A DNA stretch of 64,000 nt from Cladosporium halotolerans (lineage: Eukaryota), in the NCBI RefSeq assembly GCF_011745625.1, contig NW_027191469.1:310001-374000 (forward strand), written 5' to 3'. This document shows positions 55,637-64,000 of this stretch, in pieces. Each line of letters opens with the position of its first letter. The stretch's first letter is position 1. The notes under the pieces are model-generated. The model did no database searches, had not been told where the DNA came from, and saw only the letters and a list, made by a program, of their open reading frames with translations. Position numbers and translations under genes: made by a program.

Positions 55637-57781
55637 CTAGCCCAACCAAATTCCCAGCCCTAACACACACGCCCAAAACACAACCGAAACCAGCTTTCCT
55701 TCCACCCTCCCAGCACCAGACTCATCGTCCGCCCCACTACTCTCACCCTCCCCTCCGCCCTCATTCCCCAGCTCACTGCTCTCGCTCGTAACAGACGGAA
55801 GCACACCTCCTGCTTCCACGCTCGGCAAGCTCTGCAGCCGGGTGACCGTCGAGGTTACAGTCCTGTTCCCCGGCGTCGAAGTCTCATCTTGCTGCGAACT
55901 CGTGGTTTGTGCGCTTGAGCCAAGGTGGATTGTCTGCGATCCGATCACTACTATTGGACTGGAGCTGTCGGCTGTTAGAGTGATGAGGGTCGGTGTTGGG
56001 GAGCTCAGGGCTGCGCTGAGGACTTCGTAGGCGTTTGTTGGGCTGTGGGATGGTGGGATAGCGCTGATGATCAGGAGGTTGCTGGATAATGTGGCGGTGT
56101 AGATTGTGCTGTTGAGGGTTATTGGGTCGCTGTTTGGGAGGAGGGTGGGCGGGGCGGTGGTCTGGCTGTCGTAGAAGAATTGGGGTTGAGGCGCTGTTGT
56201 CGCTTCGCTCGACGGGCTGCCATGTGTTGCTGATGGTTGATCTGATTCATGGTGATTTTCGTTGCCTTTGCCCTCGTTGCCATCGCGAAATTGCCCAGGG
56301 TCTGGAAGCGCTGGTGAGTCCGGCCCATGTTCTTCTTGGCTCGCACCTGGCTGAGGGTCAACTTGGACGATTGTGGTTACTTGGACCAAAGAGGCAGTTG
56401 ATGTATCCGTGTGTTCACTTGGTCGGGCTGTGGCGTAAGGCGGAGTTTCAGGTGAGTACGTGAACATTCTTCCAGTGCTTTCTGATTCAGTTGACTGCTG
56501 ACTTCCTGGCGACGATGTCCCAGAGGAACCGGAAAGCGCTGACCCTGCCGTTTTTGTGGATGCTGTCACCTTCGCCGGGCTTTCAATGGTGGATTTGGGA
56601 GAAGCGAGCTCGGTATGGGTCGGTGCCACAGCAGTTGTAGGCACAGCGATTGATTCCGCTTCCGACAAAGCGATTGGAGGATCCCAAGAGCCGCGCCAGT
56701 CAAGATCACAAGTCGCCCAGGCGGGATCCATCTCGCGAATATGTGTTGGCACAACCAGTTGCGGGTGGAAACGAGAGGGCGTGATGATTCGGCATCCCGA
56801 AGCAACACAGACCGGCATTGCTTGGTACGCCGGTCCAGGTGGTAGACCTGTGAGGTGGTCATAGTTGAGCTTCTGCGATTCATAGAAAGACGTAGTAACC
56901 AGCTCATCTTTGATGGTTGTCGTGACGATGAAGTAATCGTTGCGGGCGTTGATGCTGAACAGGTCGTCGGGATCAAGGGCCAATATTGCTCCCGGATAAG
57001 TGTTGCCGACAGTCTTTGAGCAGCCATCAAGCGCGTATGCAGTCTTGTACTCCAAGTATATCGAAGGAGACGTCAAAGTGGCGTTCTTGTAAACGGCGGT
57101 GACTGCTCCGCCGGCAGTCGACGTGCCTCTGTCATGCCCAAAGCTGGAGTTCGCAGATGTCGACGGCCAGAATAAGAGCTCTACCGTGCCACCTTGGACG
57201 GTGCAAGCATTTTTGTTGCACCAAGACCGCTGTGAGCATGTGAAGCTGGGCGTGATGCAAGATGGTTTCGGAACCAGGGTGGAGACGATTTCAAGTTGCG
57301 GCGCCCAAAAACTAATGGTCTTAGTCCCGGACTTGGTTGTGATTTCTGGACCCATCGCATACGTGTATCCGCTGACAACCTTCAGGCTCTGAGTTATCTC
57401 ATGGAATGACTGTGTCTCAGTCTTGAAGGCGTCGGAGTTCATGGACCTTTTCAGCCCGGTACGTGTCCAAGCCGCCCATGTTCGAGAGCATGCGTCGTGG
57501 TGCCATGAGCAAATGCTGGCGCACCTGGTATCGTTGTAGCCACATTCTGTAGTGAATGAGGCGTTGTTGTAGAATACCTTGCCATTTGTGTGAATTAATA
57601 ATGTGTTTTCCCGGGATGGCACGCGTGTGATTTGAGCTGTTGGCAGACCAGTCTTGTCGGTCACAGATACGTTGGGTTTGGCTATACCATCTGTCTTCGC
57701 GGCTTGAGAGGTGTATCCTTTTTCGGCGTTGCAACAAGTCAGGACAAAAAGTACTATGCCCGATAAACGAGATAGGAGCAT
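55637..57781 (-). CDS. Secreted, probably GPI-anchored Ser/Thr-rich protein with a Cys-containing conserved domain
   Basis: Signal peptide, then CTVQGGTVELLFWP, TLTSPSIY and WATC...WDPPIALS, a long S/T/P stalk, and a hydrophobic C-terminus after ESGAGR. Confidence 0.8.
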   Translation of the reverse strand: MLLSRLSGIVLFVLTCCNAEKGYTSQAAKTDGIAKPNVSVTDKTGLPTAQITRVPSRENTLLIHTNGKVFYNNASFTTECGYNDTRCASICSWHHDACSRTWAAWTRTGLKRSMNSDAFKTETQSFHEITQSLKVVSGYTYAMGPEITTKSGTKTISFWAPQLEIVSTLVPKPSCITPSFTCSQRSWCNKNACTVQGGTVELLFWPSTSANSSFGHDRGTSTAGGAVTAVYKNATLTSPSIYLEYKTAYALDGCSKTVGNTYPGAILALDPDDLFSINARNDYFIVTTTIKDELVTTSFYESQKLNYDHLTGLPPGPAYQAMPVCVASGCRIITPSRFHPQLVVPTHIREMDPAWATCDLDWRGSWDPPIALSEAESIAVPTTAVAPTHTELASPKSTIESPAKVTASTKTAGSALSGSSGTSSPGSQQSTESESTGRMFTYSPETPPYATARPSEHTDTSTASLVQVTTIVQVDPQPGASQEEHGPDSPALPDPGQFRDGNEGKGNENHHESDQPSATHGSPSSEATTAPQPQFFYDSQTTAPPTLLPNSDPITLNSTIYTATLSSNLLIISAIPPSHSPTNAYEVLSAALSSPTPTLITLTADSSSPIVVIGSQTIHLGSSAQTTSSQQDETSTPGNRTVTSTVTRLQSLPSVEAGGVLPSVTSESSELGNEGGGEGESSGADDESGAGRVEGKLVSVVFWACVLGLGIWLG

Positions 57782-59446
57782 GACGAGCGCCCGTAGGGCC
57801 GTGAACAGCCCAACAGGTTAATCAAGATGAACATGTGCTCAAGACATTCGAACCAGAATGACAGATGGCAGGTAGGAATAGATGTTTCATACCAGCGGTA
57901 ACGCATAGAAGCGCTTGCGTGATACCCAACTTGGGCGCTTAACTTCTGACATCTCAACAGCCTATAAACGCATGGCTGCATTGATATCACATTATGACGA
58001 CTTCGCAGACGCTGGACAGCAAGGCATTGTCCCTATCGGAAACTTTTGACCTCATGTAGCAATAAAACCACGATTGAATGTCAAGCGGTGCCAGTTGCGG
58101 CACGATGGGCTGCCGACAGCAGTGCTGCGTAGATCCGCCACAATGGCTCGCGATGACGCGCAACGTTGATTCTGGATAGTATGAACGATGACTTAGAAAT
58201 AGGGACAGAATCATGGAGGTACAGTACAGAGCTTGCTGTGACTGGCCAGCGGTATCTTTGCTGAGGTTCAGTAGTGAGTGCTTGAAGGGAGGAGAGAGCA
58301 TTGTGAGGGAGGAAAGGGTGGCGGCTGTGAGTTCCTCGGCATGTTTCAGCAAGCGAGCCAATCCGCCTGCTTGTTTGAAATCTGAAGCCCTTTGTTTTTA
58401 GGACTCTCAAATCAATCATTACTTCTAATAAGCGGACTTCTCGCTCCAACAGACAATTAATGAAACACGGCAATTACTAGGCGCGCCAGAAGGCCGCAAA
58501 ACATTTTGTGCCACCCGGAGCATGTTGCCATTCATAAGCGTAAAGCTGCCTTGCCGCTATCTTGCGATCGGTGTCTTCGCGATCAGGCCAGCAAGCAGGC
58601 CGGATGCAGCATTCGAGATCCTTCAGCTCGCTTCCCGAGGCGTGGCGGCAAGCGAGCCGTCATTACAGGAGCCCCTGCGGTGCTTCTTCGACGAACGACA
58701 GGTGCCATACTCCGAGCGTCCACATCATGAGGGTCGAATGTGGAGACCACGAGTGGACGGTTCCCCTTTCGAAGTTGCCATTATTTTCTACTACCTGATT
58801 TTGGTCACAGAGTCAGCCAATGCGATTACCTTAATTTCCCCTTTGGACAAGGGCTGAATCAGGCCTACCATCTTTGCTCGTTGCGATAGTCCGCGGCGCA
58901 CACCTGCCATCTGCACACGCCACTGATCAGATTGCATCTGGATGACGAGGCAGATATGGTCGAGCAGATATGGTCGAGCAGATATCCCTTGGGAAAACTC
59001 GCTTAGCGATACCATGCTATCTCAATCCGCGTTTGGCTTCAAGCTGGCTCAAATAGGCGACCACACAGGACAGCTACCCGGATAGGGCTGAACAGAAGAG
59101 ACTGATTCGCATCAAGCAGCGTCCTGAAACGCTGATGTATGATTCCAGACCATGCAGGTGCACCCTTCGGGCGTCATCCCTGCTTCTGCCGCCCTTACTA
59201 ATGCAGCGCCAGCATTGAGTGAACTGGATGGCCTTCACTATTTGAGCCACGATTGACTCCAGGGGAAAAAGTAGGTATATCTGGTGTACTTTGGCCTTTC
59301 GGGCTTTCTGAGATCCTCTGTTTCCCTCAAGACTCCAGGTCTCAATAGCGCAGGACGCATCGAGATCCCTGAGTTGGATTTCATCACATTCGTTCATCGG
59401 TCGCTTTCGAGGCTTCCTCCCAGTCAGTGATTTGAACCATCGCAAG

Positions 59447-60949
59447 ATGTATTCCCGCATCTTTCTGGGCATTTTTGCCTCCGTCGTTGGAACAGTGGAC
59501 GCCTTTTGGCGCATGCCTTGCAGTGGGAGACTTCTACTCGAACGAGTTGATCCCATTGTATCTCCTGGCCAAGTTTCCGGCCACGTCCACACCATCTCTG
59601 GCGGCAATGGATTTGGCTTTACCACTTCCTATGACAAAATGAGAGCTTCCACGTGCTCATCATGCCCGATTAAACCAGATTTGTCAGTGTACTGGACACC
59701 GAAGCTTTACTTCCAAGCAGAGGATGGAACGTTTGAAGATGTGCCACAGGCTGGTGAGGGAAATGGCAGAACGGGCGGGATGACCGTTTACTATCAGCAA
59801 CGGGCAGGTCCCAAAAACGACAAACTTCAAGCTTTCCCAAAGGACTTTCGCATGTTTTCTGGCGATCCTTTTCAGCGGAGCTATACTGGTGAAGAAGCGG
59901 CTCCTGGTAATGCTGTGAGCTTTGTGTGCCTAGATTACGAAGGAGGGTCGACTCAGCATAACGAGATTCCAGACAAGAACTGCCCCGACGGACTCCGTGC
60001 GCAAATTTATTTCCCTTCCTGCTGGGATGGTGAGAACCTTGACTCTCAGGATCACAGGTCGCACATGGCATATCCAATCGGCCAGTACGATAACGGCGCA
60101 TGTCCCACCTCGCACCCGAAACACCTGATCTCCATCTTCTACGAGGTAATCTACTCGATCGACGGCTTTAAAGACCGCTGGCACGGGTCCGGCCACCCAT
60201 TCGTCTTCGCACAGGGCGACGGAACCGGCTACGGCTTCCACGGCGACTTCATCAACGGCTGGGACATCGACACGCTGCAGCGAGCGACCGACGAGTGCCT
60301 CAGCAACAGCGGCCGCCTCGAAGACTGCCCTGTCTTCGCCGACGACCTCTTCACCACCGACGAGCAACAAGCCTGCCGCATCCCACCCTCCATCAACGAA
60401 GCCACAACCGGCACCCTCTCCGCCCTCCCAGGCTGTAACACGCCGACGAACGGCCCAGACTACGCCCGACCACCCACCACCTGCGCCGCCAATGCCACCA
60501 TTGGCAAGCAAGCAACTTACTTCACCGACCTGACGTCCTCCAACTGGGCCTACGCCGGCTGCGCCGCAGACGACTACTTCGATCGCACGCTGACGGGGCC
60601 CTCCACGTCGTCCGATAGCATGACGGTCAAGACGTGCGTCGACTTCTGCGAGTCTAAAGGCCATGCGCTCGCGGGGTTGGAGTACGCGAGAGAGTGCTAT
60701 TGTGGTGACGAGTATAGCGATGCACAGCGGGCGCCGAAAGAGGGTGTGCTGGGTGCTTGTGGAGAGCCGTGCTCGGGCGATGAGCGGGAGATTTGTGGAG
60801 CGGCGGGCGCGCTGAGCATGTACAGAAAGTGTGAGGGCGGTGGGCAGTGTGAGAATGCTGTGTATGGCGTGTCTGCTGGGCGGAAGGTGAGGAGGCATCT
60901 GGAGCACCATAGGCATGCGGAGGTGCATGGTGGTGCTGCCGTCGACTAG
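59447..60949 (+). CDS. Secreted DUF1996 + WSC domain protein
   Basis: Signal peptide, AFWRMPC, RVDPIVSPG, DLSVYWTP, FPSCWDG and GYGFHGDFINGWD. WSC domain: WAYAGC..MTVKTCVDFC..GLEYARECYCG..CSGD..ICG. Confidence 0.93.
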   Translation: MYSRIFLGIFASVVGTVDAFWRMPCSGRLLLERVDPIVSPGQVSGHVHTISGGNGFGFTTSYDKMRASTCSSCPIKPDLSVYWTPKLYFQAEDGTFEDVPQAGEGNGRTGGMTVYYQQRAGPKNDKLQAFPKDFRMFSGDPFQRSYTGEEAAPGNAVSFVCLDYEGGSTQHNEIPDKNCPDGLRAQIYFPSCWDGENLDSQDHRSHMAYPIGQYDNGACPTSHPKHLISIFYEVIYSIDGFKDRWHGSGHPFVFAQGDGTGYGFHGDFINGWDIDTLQRATDECLSNSGRLEDCPVFADDLFTTDEQQACRIPPSINEATTGTLSALPGCNTPTNGPDYARPPTTCAANATIGKQATYFTDLTSSNWAYAGCAADDYFDRTLTGPSTSSDSMTVKTCVDFCESKGHALAGLEYARECYCGDEYSDAQRAPKEGVLGACGEPCSGDEREICGAAGALSMYRKCEGGGQCENAVYGVSAGRKVRRHLEHHRHAEVHGGAAVD

Positions 60950-61130
60950 CATTTCAGGGTTCCAATTACAGAGTCCGTGGATGTCTGAGTTCGTTCGTCG
61001 GGATGTCATCCGACTGACATATAGACATGAGATTGCAAGAGTTATATGCAAATCTTAGTGAGCAGATCATCCGAGTTAGAGACCTAGCAGACCTTGTCCA
61101 ATCTGTTTTACGCCCGCGTCATCATATCTA

Positions 61131-62500
61131 TCAGCAAATCGCACCCTTTCCCTTCTTCCTCCTCCCCTTCAACCCCTCCCATCTCTTGACCTCCCTCCAA
61201 CCCTGCCTAACACTCGCAAAGAAATTCGGGAACCTAAACCAAAAAACACAAAGCAACCCCAACCCCAACGTCAGCGGCGCGACCACCGCCCAGAACTTCC
61301 AGAAACACCTCGCAACCCTCAACGGCGTCGACTCCAGCTCAAAATCCACGTCGAAAAACGGACTGCTGAACACCGTGCTCACGCCCGTGACGGGCAGGAA
61401 GACGAGCGTCAGCACGGCGATGAACTTCATCGCGTGCGAGTCGGCCTGCGTCACGAGCGCCTGATAGACCTGGATGCTGCTGAGGGCGCGCTTCTCGAGC
61501 GCGTAGACTTTGAGAAGGGTAGATTTGAAGGTGCGTTTGCGGTAGGCGATAGCGCGGAGGGTGGTGGCGCGGGAGGTGGGAGGTGGGTTGGTTTCGCGGA
61601 GGCTTTCGAGGATGGCGTCCAGGGTGGACATGAGTGCTTCGGCGGTTTCGATCATGAAGATGCAGTTTCTGGTTGAGATCTGTCAGCGGAAAGTGATCAA
61701 GAGGGATCAAATGGGCGCTCGTACTTTTGGACCTCGTGCAGGTCTTTGAAACTGAGCTGCGGCGCGCCTGCTTGGTTGATAGCCGACTCCTCGACTCTGC
61801 GCAGGGCTCTAGCCAGGTTCCCACTCAAACCATCAAAAAGGCCATGCAGCTCATCAAAGACGATACCGAACAGCAGATACGGCTCCTTGATCGCATCCAG
61901 CCAAGAGTCCTTCACCCGCGCCTCATCAAACCTCTTCACAATCCTCTCCGGCGCACCAAAGCAAAGCAGCGTAACCGTCCCGTCCTTCGCAGCATGCAGG
62001 AAGAAATCGCACATGATCCACAAACTCAGGGCGCCCTTGCCCTGATTCTGCCCCCCCTGATCATTGCGAAGGTAGCCGAAGTTCTGCAATTTGTTCTCTC
62101 TAACATCAATCCGCCTGCAGAGAAAGTGGCACCACGCGATCTCCGCGTCGCCGCTGGCCGTCGTCGAAGACCCAAAAGCGTGATTGACGCTGCGCATGCG
62201 CTCGGCCAGAACCTCGGACGGGATCGAGTAGTGCCTGATCAGCTCTTTGTGCTCCTTGACGTCCGCAGGACTGCTCGACATGCAGCAGTTGGGCAGGAAG
62301 GCGACTCTCAAGCGGCGAGGGACGGCGGAGTCGATGAGTTCCTTCGCACACTGAAACAAGACATCCTTCTCGCCATCCGGCACCTTCTCGCCCCACTGCA
62401 AGCAGCGGATCAAAGGCGTCGTCTTCTCATCTCGCGGCTCTCCGAAGACGCCGTTCGGATACTCGCCGAGGTTGCGGCCGTTCTCGCAGAAGAGCGACAT
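61131..62500 (-). CDS. CorA-like transmembrane-domain protein; internal intron at about 61669-61723
   Basis: Spliced LHEVQK|NCIFMIE, a helical stalk, then DSHAMKFIAVLTLVFLPVTGVSTVFSSPFF and FWKFWAVVAPLT (two TM helices). Confidence 0.8.
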
Positions 62501-63488
62501 GCTTGTTAGCGTCCTGCTTGGGACGGAATAACGAGATGAGACTCACGCATGGCGGGCGACATCAGCTTAGAAGTATGCCTTGTCCTAAGACGGGCGGCCG
62601 TGCGTGGCCTGCACAGCTCTATCCTGCATCTGGTGAAGTGGCTGATTTTCAGCTCCTGCAGGAGGCCGGGCTACGGTCTGGCGTAGCGCCTCCGCGAGCC
62701 TTGTATGGGCACTGATCATTGTGGGGCGCGGAGGCGGAACCTACGAGGGCGCAGGCGGCTCACACCACCTAGAAGATGCGCTGGACATTAAATTGGCGAC
62801 ATTGCTCAAGTATTGATGACCGGCAGAGCAGGCGGAGCATTCGCCATGGCGCTGTTGCGGCTGAAAGCACGGTGCTTCACGGACGGGACAAAGTTCAAGC
62901 CCTGGTCGTGTGGAAACCTGAATGCCTCAGGTGCAACTAATTCGCCAGAACAGGCATGGAAAGACCTCACTTCATCAGTACAGGACCAAAATTTAGGGAG
63001 CAAAGCGCATCGATTTCTTGACGATTCATAGCTAATGGCAAGGCGGATGTCAGCCAGACAAGCATTCTCCCACCGCCCCCTCGTATCGAACCTGGAGCGA
63101 GCTGGGGGTATTTCGAGCAGCGAAAGTTCAATCAAAAAGCAGGAAATTGGAAGGAGACCACCGGCCATGCTCCTGGCGCCGAGCCATGGCCGCGAGGCCT
63201 GGCAGAGCGGCGAAGCAGCGAAGAGCAATCTCGCGACGACCGGCGCACCCGACCCCTGCCACGGCGCAAAAAGGAAATGCATTCGGGTATTCAAGCGAGC
63301 CAAAGAGTAAGGAAAAAAGGGCTCCCAACGCCGGCCGCGCCCGCGCTATCTCGTCGCGAATCCTGTTGAAGAGATAGCCGTCAGGCTCTCCGTGATCCAG
63401 AACCGATACGCCCATGTAATCGTGAGCCGCTCTAATCGCCGTGCCATTGCGCCATTTGTGCCATATTCATGAGCGAGGACTTGGTCTC

Positions 63489-64000
63489 TCAGTCATTCTT
63501 CTCCACCACGGTCCCGTTGAATTCCGGGTAGCTGCCGATTGCGCCGCCCATGGTGTTGCCCAGGCTCTGGTCGATGTTGCTGTCCATTGTGTGATCGATG
63601 TTGCCCATGTTCATGTTGGTGCCCATGTGGCCCGTCATGGGCGCTTGGTCGGGTACTCTCTGGAGGCCCTGGGACGTGAGCTGCGACAGCGTATCTTCCA
63701 GGGACTTCATTCGCGCCTCTCGAGCGGAGTCGTTAGCTTCCATCCTGCGGATCCGCTCGTCTTTCTCAAGGTTGTCGGCCTTCAGGCGCTGCAGCTCCTG
63801 CTCGAGATCATCGCTGCTGCGCGGACTTGCGCCGTTGTCAAGGCGTCTGCGCTTGTTGAGATCAGGGTAGGGAGTTGAAGTGTTAAGTTCGTCAATTTCG
63901 CCAGTCTCTGAAAAGCGGGAAGCCGGGGTCTCGATCATGTCGGCGCCGGGGGCCGCATCGGCAGCAATTTGACGAAGATTCGAGGGATTCGTGGGATTCG
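63489..64000 (-). CDS. C-terminal part of a probable nuclear coiled-coil protein, truncated by the window edge
   Basis: Frame is open to the window end. Contains NLS-like NKRRRL, heptad LEQELQRLKADNLEKDERIRRME and an M/N/G-rich tail. Confidence 0.65.
   Translation of the reverse strand, partial: NPTNPSNLRQIAADAAPGADMIETPASRFSETGEIDELNTSTPYPDLNKRRRLDNGASPRSSDDLEQELQRLKADNLEKDERIRRMEANDSAREARMKSLEDTLSQLTSQGLQRVPDQAPMTGHMGTNMNMGNIDHTMDSNIDQSLGNTMGGAIGSYPEFNGTVVEKND

Noticed and set aside
59930..61051. 373-aa antisense ORF over DUF1996-WSC
   Set aside because: Shadow ORF with no independent features.

Overview
Eukaryotic DNA from a filamentous ascomycete (Dothideomycete-like by inference): gene-dense, with short GT..CTRAC..YAG introns. 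I support about 25 protein genes: a Ser/Thr-rich repeat protein (partial), putative amidoligase, Vps23, two SET-domain proteins flanking a class II G-alpha, HAD hydrolase, Erv41, a secreted protein with a divergent Dal5-type MFS, a CoA-transferase III/acyl-CoA dehydrogenase divergent pair, a NACHT protein, a PnbB-like cupin, APRT, transketolase, a GPI-type wall protein, DUF1996-WSC and a CorA-like protein. The highlight is a thiamine-themed locus at about 46.7-55.3 kb that the ORF track misses. (1) A complete fungal-type TPP riboswitch (49579-49736) lies in a 5'-UTR intron of an NCS1/Fcy-type permease, with NMT1-like alternative donors, a uORF and an anti-aptamer pairing, plus a substitution at a normally conserved J4/5 base. 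(2) Divergent from it is a six-exon gene (11- and 33-nt microexons) encoding two BED-type zinc fingers fused to a degenerate TenA/heme-oxygenase-like domain, a candidate metabolite-sensing regulator. (3) TPP-dependent transketolase follows. Also notable is a 220-codon in-frame continuation past the TGA of a mitochondrial-type gene. I saw no tRNA, rRNA, CRISPR array or intact transposon. Family assignments come from motif recognition, not database searches.
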